Assembly (NCBI GenBank): GCA_950097015.1
Contig: CATNEN010000007.1
Location: forward strand, 620,001 to 684,000
Length of the DNA stretch: 64,000 nucleotides
Origin: Macrostomum hystrix
Taxonomy: Eukaryota > Animalia > Platyhelminthes
Direction of reading: 5' to 3'
Shown here piece by piece: positions 13,693 through 25,221 of the stretch (positions are counted from its first letter, which is position 1; each line of letters begins with the position of its first letter). The notes under the pieces were generated by a model. That model was given only the letters and a program-made list of their open reading frames with translations, was not told where the DNA came from and made no database searches. Made by a program: the position numbers and the translations under genes.

Positions 13693-16600
13693 CTAGGACG
13701 CCTGGTTCTCGAATCGCACATAGATGCTGGCCACGTATGACATGACGGAATTCCAGTCAGGCCTCTCCACTGACACCATGTCCTCCAGGCTCAGCGTGGT
13801 TGGAATATTGGCGGACTCGGCCGCCTTGAAGGCCACCTGGAAATTTCGTCGCTTGTCCTCCGGCGTGAGCTGGTCGTATGGCACCAGATGAGGCAGGTAG
13901 CAGTGCAACAAGCCGCACATGGCCATGCCGTCATTCCAGGAAGTGGAGAAGTTGGTCACATCAATGTGCGGATAGCCGGCAAGGCGGTTCTGGCACCAGC
14001 GCAGCAGGCCGTTCCTTTTCGAGCCGCCGTGTCGCTTGGCCAGCTCGGTCAGCGGATCTGCGGGAGCCGACGATGACACGGGAGCGACAGGGCCGGCAGC
14101 TGCAGATGAAGCTGTAGGAGCCGGGGATGGCCGCAGCTGCGGCTGCTGCTGCTGCTGTTGAAGCAAAAGCGGCGCCGACGGAGGCGGCGGGGTGGAGTCG
14201 TGCGACGACAAAGACGGAGTGACCTCGTCGAGAATGGACTCCATGGCGGCGGTGGACATGTTGGGGTAGGAGCAGCGAATCAGGGCCGACTGGGCCAGCG
14301 AGTGACCGCGGGACAGGGGGTGGCGCAGCTGCTGCTGCTGTTGCTCTGACTGACCCTGCTGCGGCTGCTGCTGCTGTTGCTGTTCTAGCTGTTGCTGCTC
14401 CAACGGTACGGTGGGCACGCTGGTGCGACGGGTTTTCACCTGCAGGAATGTTTTTCTTTATATTTACTAATTGTAAAACTAATCGAATCACGACTCAACT
14501 GATCCTCAATCATGACCTAAAAACGATTCTAAACCATGACCTAAAACTGATCCTTAATCATGACCTAAAACTGATCCTTAATCATGACCTAAAACTGATC
14601 CTTAATCATGACCTAAAACTGATCCTTGATCATGACCTAAAACTGATCCTTAATCATGACCTAAAACTGATCCTTAATCATGACCTAAAACTGATCCTAA
14701 TTCATGACCTAAAACTGATCCTTAATCATGACCTAAAACTGATCCTAATTCATGACCTAAAACTGATCCTTAATCATGACCTAAAACCGATCCTAATTCA
14801 TGACCTAAAAATGTTTCTAAACCATGACCTAAAACTGATCCTTAATCATGACCTAAAACTGATCCTCAATCGTGATCTAAAACTGATCCTAAATGACACC
14901 TAACCAGATTGAACCAGATGTAGCAGCTATTGCACAAAGACTATGTACAGCTGTTTAGTCCATGGACTTGGGTAGCCGCCGTACCCACCCAAATTTTCAC
15001 CAATTCTTCAGCTTGATGAACTCAAGCCATTGGGGAAACCAGTATCATGCTCAAGCTCTTAAATCTCGTCCTTAGGCTGGGAATCGAACTCCTGACCCCT
15101 GTTAAAGCTTAAACACCTAAAAATGGATTCTAAATCGCAACCTAAAGACAGGCATCGCGGTGCACTGACCGTTTCGGCCACAGGAATGCCTGCAGCTGGC
15201 GGGCTGTCCGGACTGGGGCCCCGCTTCACAGTCTCCTCAATGGACTGGATCAGCGATTTGACGTGAGTGGAGGCTGCGGGCCTCTGCTCTAGCCGGCGCA
15301 TCGCCCTCATGTTGGCCAGCTCCTTGTCAACTGTGCTGGCCAACTCTCTGCTAGGAAATTCGCGCTGATGCTGCTGTTGTTGTTGCTGGTGCTGCTGCTG
15401 TTGCTGCTGTTGCAATTGCAGCTGTAACTGGTGCAGCTGGGAGCGAAGGCTCTCGGCCTCGCGCTTGGCGGCTGACAGCTCAACAGCATGACGCCTGGCC
15501 TCGTCCGTGAGCTGGCTGCGCTCCCGGCTCCAGTCGTTTAGCAGCCGCTCCGCTTCTTGCTTCACATCGTCGGCCACCTGCACAGTGCGCAGCAGGTCCT
15601 GCTCGTAGGACCGCCACTCTTCCAGCTCCTGTGCCGCCCGCTGCTCCAAGTCCTGGGGAGCGGCGAGAGTTGTTTGATAATCGACAATGAGCGGTGACCG
15701 ATTATCAATGAGCGATGACCGATTATCAATGAGCGATGACCGATTATCAATGAGCGATGAACGATGATCAATGAGCGATGACTGATTATCAATGAGAGAT
15801 GACCGATTATCAATGAGACATGACTGATTATCAATGAGACATGACTGATTATCAATGAGACATGACTGATTATCAATGAGACATGACTGATTATCAATGA
15901 GAGATGACCGATGATCAATGAGCGATGACCGATTATCAATTAGCAATGACCGATTATCAATGAGCGATGACTGATTATCAATGAGCGATGACCGATTATC
16001 AATGAGCGATGACCGATTATCAATGAGCGATGATCTGTTATCAATGAGAGGTGAAGCGTAATGACCAAACGAAATTCAAGTAGTAAGATAATGACAAAGG
16101 GAAAGTGTAGGAGTGGGGCAATGACCAACTTGAAGACCTAGGAGTGGGGCAATGACCAACTTGAAGACCTTGGAGTGGAGCGATGACCAACTCGAAGAAA
16201 TGCCAGGTAGGCAACTCACAGCCAGCCGAGCCCGCAGACTTTCGCAGGCCGCCTCAGCCGAAGCCAGCTCTGTCTCCAGCTGTCTGGCTCTGTCCGCCTC
16301 GGCCTCGGCAGCCGCCCTGGCGTCAGCGGTGGCAGTCTTCTGGCTGGCGAGTGACTCCGCCAGGCTCTGCCGCTGGCTTAGCACCAGCTCCAGCTCCTGG
16401 GCCTGCCGGGCGAGCTGCTCTTTGAGGCAAGTGGCGGTCTTCTCTGCTGATAGGCGAAGGTCCTGCAGCTGGCCAGTGAGCTGCAAGTTGGCCTCGTCAA
16501 GTCTGCTCAGCTCCTCCTGTGGAATTCAGAAGAGGAGAGGAGAAGATAAGTGAGGATAGGAGAGGACAAATGCGGATTAGTGAGGATAGGAGAGGACAAA

Positions 16601-19600
16601 TGCGGATTAGTGAGGATAGGAGAGGACAAATGAGGATAAGTGAGGATAGGAGAGGAAAAATGAGGAATAGTGAGGATAAGAGAGACAAATGAGGATAAAT
16701 GAGGATAGGAGAGGACAAATGCGGATTAGTGAGGATAGGAGAGGACAAATGAGGATAAGTGAAGACAGGAGAGTATAAATGAGGATTAGTGAGGATAGGG
16801 AATATAAATATGCATAAAATAGTTCAAGATAGGATGGGAGAGGATGAAATACATGCCATTGAGCCGGCAGCCAAGGTGGGAGTCGAGCAGAGCACTCACC
16901 TGAGCCCTGGACAGCTCGCAGGCCAGCTTCTCCTTCTGCTCGAGCATCGACTGCATCTCGCTAGCCGTGCTGACCGCATCGTCGCTATTTAACTCCTTCA
17001 TTCGCTCGAAGTCGGCCTTGGAGCTCTCGTACAGCTGTTTGAAGCGGGCCACCTCGCGCCGCAGGGAATTGCAGCGACCTTCCAGCTCGATGACCAGCCG
17101 GTCCCGCTTCAGACGGTCGATTTCGTCAGACTTGGCCTGGAGGACAGCGGCGGTCATTGTAGGGAGAGGCGCTAGTAAAAGCTACCTACGGCTGTTCAGT
17201 CCATGGACAGGGGAGACGCCACACCGACAGTCAGTTACCACAGCTTATACCCATTTAACAAAATTAAACAAGTCTTGCTAAAGGACGCAAATTATTCCAG
17301 TGGAGTCAAGAATCGAACCCCCGACGACGCTCTGACCAGCCAGTGGTAAAGGCGAACCTCTAAAGGTTGTGTACAACAGTTCAGTCCGCGGACTGGGGAG
17401 CAGCAGCTGTTGCTGGTACGCATTTACTAGTTGGGCAAACTCAAGTACAAGGAAGGTAAAGTGTCTCGCGCATGGACACAAATGCTCCCCTATAGATTCC
17501 TTGATTCCAAAGGTCAAGATTCGAATTCCCGACCTCATGGTAAGACGATTGGACGGGTTTTTACCAAGATAAATATTCGATAAATAAACAAATTACTGTA
17601 CTTAATGACACAATTTGAATCAGGAGATCTCACGATGAAAACTCAATCGTGACCTAAACCCGATCCCAAATAAACTAATACTCAAACAGATCCTAAATCA
17701 TGACCTAAAACTGATCTTAAATCATGACCTAAAACTGATCTTAAATCATGACCTAAAACAGATCCTAAATCATGACCTAAAACTGATCTTAAATCATGAC
17801 CTAAAACTGATCCTAAAACATGACCTAAAACTGATTCAAGCTGCAATCATTAGACGAAAAGCTACAAAGTTTAGGAATTGGGAATATAACTTTGGGCTTA
17901 AGGAACATTGGGTTGCACCCGCCTGACTGTGGTAATCCGGTTTTTATCCGGCTTCGTCCGGTTTCATCCGTTTTTAGGGGGTTTTCCGGATCAAATAGTT
18001 GTTTCACCCGGTTTTGATCCGGTTTCAGTTTCGGGCCAATATTCGGAGTAAAACCGGATCAAACAGTTCTGTCTCGTCACTTTTATCCGGTTTTCATCCG
18101 CTTTTTAATCCGGTTACATAGCCGACTAAATTTGGACAAAAACCGGGATTAAAAACCGGATTAAGATCGGATCAAATAGGTTTTAGGTCCAGATTCTGTC
18201 CGGTTTTTATTCCGTACATTGGACCGTCCAAAAGCGGATGAAATACGGAGCACAAAGCGGAGTATTTAATTGTGAGTGCATGCTTAATTGTAATTGCATA
18301 GAAATAAAATGCTACGGATGACGTCGCTGCTCGGCACTGAGATCTTTGAAGTATCCTAGCGTTCTTCTTTCTCAATTTATGTCTTCTAAATTTGGCTGCT
18401 GAGTGATTATTCGTCAAGAAATGGCCGCTGAAAATGTTTCCGCTTATATCCGCTCATTTGGCCGCTCATTTCAGCGCTCACCATCGAGTGTGATTTGGCC
18501 GCTCACTTTCAAGATTCTAATTAGCTGCTCTCATTAGCTGGCGGCTTCGGATTCGGCTAGCGGCAAATGCGTCCATGACCAAATTTTGGTAATCAATATT
18601 TGCCAACTTATTTAGGCACACCTGCAGATCAGTCCAGTATTTCGAACTCCGATCGTCGCCTGTGGCAGGGTACCTAAATATTTAAATTTCAAATTCTCTA
18701 GCATCATACACGAGTACATCCGCCTCGTGATGAGCATAATCCTGCTGCTCCTGGGACTCAGGCTCCGGCTCCGCTGCATCAACATTAAGAGTAGTCTGAG
18801 TTTTCACTTTTCTAAATCTATAGCATCACAAACTAGTTATTCCTCACGGTCCTCCACCTTCACACACAGGTATATACATACACAGGGGACTCACAGTCCT
18901 CCACCTTCACACACAGGTATTGCCTATTGCCTGCAGCACGCAGGACTGCAACCCCGCCGCCTCGCCGCCATCGCGAACTCTGCCAAATTCATGCGGCAGT
19001 AGCACAGCTCAACGGTACACGTTGGATGACTACAACAGGCTGCCCGATGAGGCCCCTCCATCTTACACGTCATGCCGCCGTTACGATAGACAACGACTAC
19101 CTGCCCAGTGCTGCTCCGATTGTGCAGCCTGGTATGCGGCTCTGCCTGCTGAGGAGCGAGAGAAGCGGCTACAGGCCAACGGACGGCACCGTCATCGCCC
19201 AGTAGTGCAGGCTGCGGAACTTTTTTGTAATCGAAATGCCGTCGAGCCCGCCGCCTGCTCCACTGGAGCACATGAAAGTGGGGAAGCGCAGACGACGACC
19301 GCTGCGAGATCTTTCCGTTTTGTCAGATCGCAATGACGCCCCCGAGAAGTGCGCGTCTACTCTGACGAAGGACCGTTAGAATACCTGATAATAGAACATA
19401 ACATAACATACCTGACCGGGATTCCAATCCAAGAGTGGGAAGTTTCTACTGTACTTCAGTAATCATTAGTTTGATTGCGGATCTCACTATCCTCACTAAT
19501 CCGCATTTGTCCTCTCCTATCCTCATTTATCCTCATTTATCCTCATTTGTCCTCTCTTATCCTCACTAATCCTCATTTGTCCTCTCCTATCCTCACTTAT

Positions 19601-22600
19601 CCTCATTTGTCCTCTCCTATCCTCACTAATCCGCATTTGATTCATTAGTTTCGGGTTAACTGCTGTTAGGTTTGTACTGCTGTTAGGGTTGTACTGCTGC
19701 TAGGGTTGTACTGCTGTTAGGGTTGTACTGCTGTTAGGGTTGTACTGCTGTTAGGGTTGTACTGCTGTTAGGGTTGTACTGCTGTTAGGGTTGTACTGCT
19801 GTTAGGGTTGTACTGCTGTTAGGGTTGTACTGCTGTTAGGGTTGTACTGCTGTTAGGGTTGTACTGCTGTTAGCCTCTGGAAGTCTGAAGATCCACCAGT
19901 TCGAACCGCCAGTCTGGCAGTTCCGCTGAAGCGATTGACAGCTAAGGACGACAATCGTCCGCCTGTGGAGATGCTACCCTACAAAGTGGAGACCGTCATA
20001 CGATACTTTCTGTTTCAGTACGACGAGTTCCACGAAAAGCCGCAGGTGTTGTACACCGGCGTGACGACATCAGCGGCCATTATTGTCGGCGTTTCTCGTG
20101 GGTCCCCTACGCCCGTTTAACTGGGCAGCCACGTCTCGATAGTAACAGCTAAAACCAACAAGTCAAGTGCGAAGCGCTATTTTGGCAAGCTGGTGCGTCG
20201 GCCATTCGGCACTAAAGCAGAGGCTTCAGGGGCCGCGAACCTCACCAATGTGCACGCTCCGACCGTCGAGCTGCCACGAGGTTGCGCTTCGTGCAAGGGC
20301 CTATTGTTGGAGTTGCAACGGTCTAAGACCCTCAGTGACGCTCAAGGTGAGTATGCAGAGTCTTCCCCGCGGATCGAACTTACGTTCTTCGCGTTTAGTA
20401 ATATTTGGGATGCACGTGCTTCTATGGTTCGATTCCCTCACCAAAATTTTGCAGGCTCCGATCTTCGATCCGCCCGGTCCACGGAAGCCCAGCTGCGTGA
20501 GGAGGTTAGGGCACTTCAGCAGAAGCTTCTTGTGTCCCAAAAGATGGAGGTGAGACTCATGCGCCAGTTAGAGGTCGAGCAGGCAAAGTCCTGCAACCTG
20601 GAGCGCAACGCTAAGGCAGCGAATGCGTTGCTAGTACGGGCATGTGACTTCCTAGTAGTAGGCGCTGCAGTGACCTCAGCTGCTTCGGGGGCAGATAGCT
20701 CGACAGAAGACGAACGGGTATCGAATCCCGACGTCGAAGACGCCAGCATACCGGAAAACTGCGAATTGTCAGCGTCGCAGACTCGGCAGCTGCTGAATGC
20801 CTGTACAGCACCAAAGCAGGGTCCATCGTCTGCTGGCTCTCTGTCAGTGGGCCTCGTGCCGCTGTCCGACAAGCAAGTGTACATGAAAACTTCGACGCAG
20901 CTCCGAGCTCAACTGGAGAGCCGACTACGGGACTACGAGTACGTCAAAGTGATGCAGGAGCCCGTTGACCTTGGCGAAGTTGACGAAGCTGGACTCGCCA
21001 AGATGCGCCGATCGGCCAGACTCGCAACGATTAGGGCCCTATTCCGGTCCGTTTTTACGGACGGCGAGTTAGCCAATAGTAGCCTGTCGGGCCGGTGGGC
21101 CTCTGGCTATGTGTCGCTGCCCGCAAATGCCGGCAAGCTGGCAGCAGCCAAGCAGTGGCTTGCTAACGCCAGTATTAAGTACAGTGAACTCGAGCTGCAG
21201 CGCGCGTTCACACGATGCGGTGAAACTGCACGACATCGACTGGGGCTGCCAAAACGCATAAGGAGCAAGGCACAGTCGAGTGGCGAAGCTGCCAAGCCAC
21301 GTCGCGATATGGGCGGGGCAGATAGTACTATTCGTATTCGGCTTCGTGCTGGGCCTTCGGCTGTGCTGCCGGCTGCCAAGCAAGTAACAGGTTCACGCAT
21401 CGTCAACGAAGATTCCTCCGAGTCGGACGGCTCCCCCGAAAGTGTCGCGTTCCGCGAAGCCAGGCAGGTGGGTAATTATACTTGTTACTTAAGCATTGAA
21501 ATACTAGGTAACAAGTAATGCATTTATAATTATATTTAAATTTAAATCAGGCCGAGACCGCACAGCCCAGGACGGATAATTCTGTACGAAATATCGACGA
21601 TCTGGAGATCGCTCCAGACATGCTCCTCGCCGTACTGCATGAGTAGGTGGAACTTCATAAAATCATGTAATTGATCGGGCCTGTCATAAAAAGGCGTCGC
21701 CCTAGACTTTGTCAGTCAACAGTAAAACGCAGTGAAAAGGATTTTCTGTGGTTTCCATTGCGGAACGATTGCGGATCGAGTATGACAAATGGAATTTCAG
21801 TTGCAAATATTTGTCTAAATATATTTATTGGAGCTTGGGTTGATCGTTTTGAGATTGGGGTAGAGAGGTTGAGATTGAGATCGAGATTATGGGGATGAGA
21901 TTGGGGATACCGAAGGCATTGCCTTACCTTAAGTAACGTACGATACCTTGAACGCATTTTTCTTTTCGAATTAATTAATAATTCACACGTACCGGGTGCT
22001 ACATATAATTGCTGCCACAAAACGTGTTGCCACATTTTTCTTACCATTCTATATATCCTTTTTGCAACCCATTTTTTGCACCTCAATTAAACGTCGTAAA
22101 CAACATTTTTTAAATACAATGGCCATATATTCTGTTTCTGGCGAGTTGACGCCGTCACTTTTTTGTTATGGGACCAGCCACTTTCGGCACAATCTGCAGT
22201 ATAAACTGTCCAATGCTGTCTCCTGTATTTATTTTCAATTTATTTACTGTCAATACGGTAGCACTGCCTTTGATGCACAGTTTTGTTGCAGGGTCCAAAA
22301 TTTAGGACAGCATACTTCGGCAAATGCTTCATATTTGCATTTATCTGCAGTTGTGAATGGGCGTCGGCTTAATTATACTTGTTACTTAAGTATTGAAATA
22401 CTAGGTAACAAGTAATGCATTTATAATTATATTTAAATTTAAATTATACACTTAAGTTTAACTTTGAATTGATGCACACTATGCACTACGTATATCCGGA
22501 TTTTCATCCGCTTTCTCGTCCGGTTAAAGTGTACGAACATGTCATCCGTTTAGATCCGGAATTTCATCCGCTTTCTCGTCCGGTTAAAGTGTACGTACAT

Positions 22601-25120
22601 TTAATCCGGTTTTAGTCCGGAAATTGCTCCGCCTCGTCATCCGGCCTACTCCGGATGGCAACCGGGTGAGATTCCGGAGAAACCCCGGATTCTCTTCCGG
22701 ATGAAGGGGTCATATTATGAAGCTTTGGTCCGGTTTGTAAACTTCTCATCCGGCATTCATCCGGATTTTTACATGTAAACATGTGCACCGGATGAAACTT
22801 CGGATGATGGACCGGTTAACCGGATTACCACAGCCAGGCGGGCAGCTGTTTCAGTAGGCAAAAATTTCTATCTTAGGTCTAATCTGGCACCTGCTGCTTG
22901 AGATCGGATAGCTGAGCATGCTGCTGCTGCAGCTGCTCTCTCAGCCCGCTGTTGACCGCCTCGAACTGCCTCTCGGACTCAAGGCGAGCGTTGGCGGCCT
23001 CGGCTTTCTCAGCGCTGGCCAGGTCCAGCAGCTCTAGCAGCTGGCGCTCCCGATCGGCCAGAATGCCACCGCCTGGGCGGCGTCGAACATCCGAGGTCAG
23101 CAGCGACTTCAGCGACTCCACGGTGCGACGGCTGCGATCGAGGCTCTCGGTCTGGTGGTAGAGGGACTCCAGGAGCACCTGGGAGGAGGGAGGAAATGGT
23201 TGGAGGAATAATTTAAACCTGAAGCTTTGAGGGGAAATCTGTGCATTAACAAGACAAAGACCAATTTTTATTTTTCTGCATCTCCCAAAATTTCCGCTAA
23301 TCCCCATGAAAATCCGGAACACGGGCAGTCTCTAACTAGAATGTTGCAATCGTTAACTAGAATGTTGCAATCTCTAACTAGAATGCTGCAGTCTCTAACT
23401 AGAATGTTGCAATCTCTAACTAGAATGCTGCAGTCTCTAACTAGAATGCTGCAGTCTCAAACTAGAATGTTGCAATCTCTAACTAGAATGCTGCAGTCTC
23501 TAACTAGAATGTTGCAATCTCTAACTAGAATGTTGCAATCTCTAACTAGAATGTTGCAATCTCTAACTAGAATGTTGCAATCTCTAACTAGAATGTTGCA
23601 ATCTTTAACTAGAATGTTGCAGTCTCTAACTAGAATGTTACAATCTCTAACTAGAATGTTGCAATCTCTAACTAGAATGTTGCAATCTCTAACTAGAATG
23701 TTGCAATCTTTAATTAGAATGTTGTAATCTTTAACTAGAATGTTGCAATTTCTAACTATAATTATAGAATGCTGCAGTCTCTAACTAGAATGTTGCAGTC
23801 TCTAACTAGAATGCTGCAGTCTCTAACTAGAATGTTACAATCTCTAACTAGAATGTTGCAATCTCTAACTAGAATGTTGCAATCTCTAACTAGAATGTTG
23901 CAATCTTTAATTAGAATGTTGTAATATTTAACTAGAATGTTGCAATTTCTAACTGTAATTATAGAATGCTGCAGTCTCTAACTAGAATGTTGCAGTCTCG
24001 AACTAGAATGCTGCAGTCTCGAACTAGAATGCTGCAGTCTCTAACTAGAATGCTGCAGTCTCTAACTAGAATGCTGCAGTCTCGAACTAGAATGCTGCAG
24101 TCAAGGACCATTATTAAAGCAAGCGCCCCTCACCTGCTTCTCGCCCATGAGGTTCTCGTTCTCGTCAGTGAGGTGGGTGTTCCTCAGCTGCAGCTCGGCC
24201 AGCTCCAGGAGGGTCGCCTGCAGCTCCTCCGTGGCGCTGAAATTGGCCTCCTCCATCTGGGCCAGCCGCTGCCGCATCTGCTGCTCGGCTGTCTCAACGG
24301 CTCCATCGTCGTTGGACGTTACAGCCGACGTTGCCGCCGCGGCTGCCGCAGCTGCAGCTGCTCGTCGAAGCCGCTGGCACTCGGACTCCAGCTGAGCTAG
24401 CCGAACCTCCTTTGTAGCCGCCTCGGTTCTGGACGCCTCTAGCTCCATCCTCAGCCGCTCGGCCTCGGCCTTCCTGCCGGCCGCGCCGCCAGCGGCTCTG
24501 CCGATGCTCTTGTCTCGCTCCAGGCTGCAGGCAGGCGGCTCCGGCGTGGAGGCCGCGATGGCTCCGTCGGAGGCGGCCACGGCGTCACCGGCCACGACCG
24601 ATTCGGAATTGCCGCTGACAATGACGGAGCCGATGGTGACCGCAGGCTGGCCGCCCGCAGAGTTGGTGGAAGGCAGGGAGACCCCGCTAGCCAGCAGTGC
24701 CAGCGACATGGCAGGCGCGATGCCCTGAGTAGAGGAGGACTTCTTCATCTGATGGCCGCCGTTACCACCGCGGCCGCTGTTAGACGCGGACCTGGCGCTG
24801 CCAGTCTGCCTGACGCCCAGATTTTCTTGGCTTCGCGACACCGGCGCCGCGGGCGACTCCGCATTGGCGTCGGCAGCGGCTACGACTGGATCCGAAGCGG
24901 TTGGCAGGGTGGCTCGCTTCTGGCGACCACCGCCCTGGTGACGCTGCTGCTGCTGCTGCTGCTGAGGGCCAGTTGAGGCAGACGGAACAGAAGCTGATGA
25001 CGGATCACTGGGCGTCTTGGCGTGACTGTTGGCGTTGCTGTTGGCCGAGGCCAGGGGAGTTCGCTGGACGGCCTCGGCCTTGCGACCGCCGCTGCCGTTG
25101 AGCTTCTTGTCCTCCCGCAT
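13693..25120 (-). CDS. SPECC1L: Cytospin (SPECC1/SPECC1L-like) coiled-coil protein with C-terminal type-3 CH domain; exons 25120-24134, 23178-22891, 17136-16900, 16516-16220, 15652-15170, 14439-13693; ~1010 aa
   Basis: C-terminal GGSKRNGLLRWCQ..IDVTNFSTSWNDGMAMCGLLH..DKRRNFQVAFKAAES..ERPDWNSVMSYVASIY; EENFSATEELQATL-type coiled-coil (EEANFSATEELQATLLEL). Five phase-0 GT-AG introns. The start ATG (25120) follows a splice acceptor at 25132-25131. Confidence 0.88.
14500..14895. repeat. 24-bp minisatellite CATGACCTAAAACTGATCCTTAAT (SPECC1 intron 5); same family at 17685-17836
   Basis: About 15 tandem copies abutting the acceptor region. Confidence 0.92.
14925..15110 (-). mobile_element. tRNA-derived SINE family B, diverged copy
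   Basis: Reverse B-box (GGGAATCGAAC) and shared body AGTCCATGGACT...ACAGCTGTAC matching 29004-29310. Confidence 0.65.
15690..16035. repeat. 21-bp minisatellite TCAATGAGCGATGACCGATTA (SPECC1 intron 4)
   Basis: About 16 tandem copies. Confidence 0.93.
16530..16800. repeat. 30-bp minisatellite GAGGATAGGAGAGGACAAATGCGGATTAGT (SPECC1 intron 3)
   Basis: About 9 copies. An inverted copy of the same unit lies at 19482-19637. Confidence 0.9.
17175..17535 (-). mobile_element. Two tandem diverged copies of SINE family B (~17175-17360 and ~17375-17535)
   Basis: Each has the CAGTCC(AT/GC)GGAC palindrome, a GTCT(T/C)GC..GGAC(A/G)C core and a reverse B-box-like motif (AATCGAACCC / TTCGAATTCCC). Confidence 0.65.
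18937..19226 (+). CDS. Exon encoding a CtIP/Sae2 C-terminal-like (CxxC-RHR) module inside the transposon; ORF otherwise runs to a stop at 19336
   Basis: RQRLPAQCCSDCAAWYAALPAEEREKRLQANGRHRHR aligns without gaps to recalled human CtIP [37 protein letters not shown]. Acceptor CTGCAG ends at 18936; candidate donor GTAATC at 19227. Confidence 0.75.
19482..19872. repeat. Two arrays inside the transposon: ~30-bp CCTCACTAATCCGCATTTGTCCTCTCCTAT (19482-19637) and 17-bp GGGTTGTACTGCTGTTA (19660-19872)
   Basis: Direct tandem copies, located in the predicted intron between the CtIP-like and BEN-like exons. Confidence 0.9.
19942..21646 (+). CDS. Transposon-encoded coiled-coil + BEN-like DNA-binding protein; exons 19942-20097, 20149-20346, 20455-21467, 21551-21646
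   Basis: Coiled coil (EAQLREEVRALQQKLL...ERNAK) and BEN-like segment TIRALFRSVFTDGELANSSLSGR..G..LP...KLAAAKQWL...ELQRAFTRCGETARHR. GT-AG introns of phase 1, 1, 0 keep one frame. Confidence 0.7.
23325..24100. repeat. 21-bp minisatellite ACTAGAATG(T/C)TGCA(A/G)TCTCTA (SPECC1 intron 1)
   Basis: About 35 tandem copies filling most of the intron. Confidence 0.95.
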
Positions 25121-25221
25121 GCCCGCACCGCTGCGGATAAATGGCATTGCATTAGTGGCATTTCGCAGCGAGAGTCAGGATTTCTGTCAGCTGAATAACC
25201 ATCTGCGTATACCTAATGAGA

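Larger units (their letters stand above)
17918..22842 (+). mobile_element. 4.9-kb TIR DNA transposon, CCC...GGG termini, 2-bp TSD (CA), ATCCGG subterminal repeats; EnSpm/CMC-like, no transposase; lies in SPECC1 intron 2
   Basis: Left TIR CCCGCCTGACTGTGGTAATCCGGTT versus right AACCGGATTACCACAGCCAGGCGGG (1 mismatch). CA flanks both ends (17916-17917, 22843-22844). Dense ATCCGG/CCGGAT motifs at ~17935-18240 and ~22494-22825. The superfamily call is inferred from termini and TSD. Confidence 0.85.

Noticed and set aside
168-24976. Antisense or overlapping ORFs on DRC1, PDCD4 and SPECC1 exons
   Set aside because: Expected shadows of GC-rich coding sequence with few off-frame stops.
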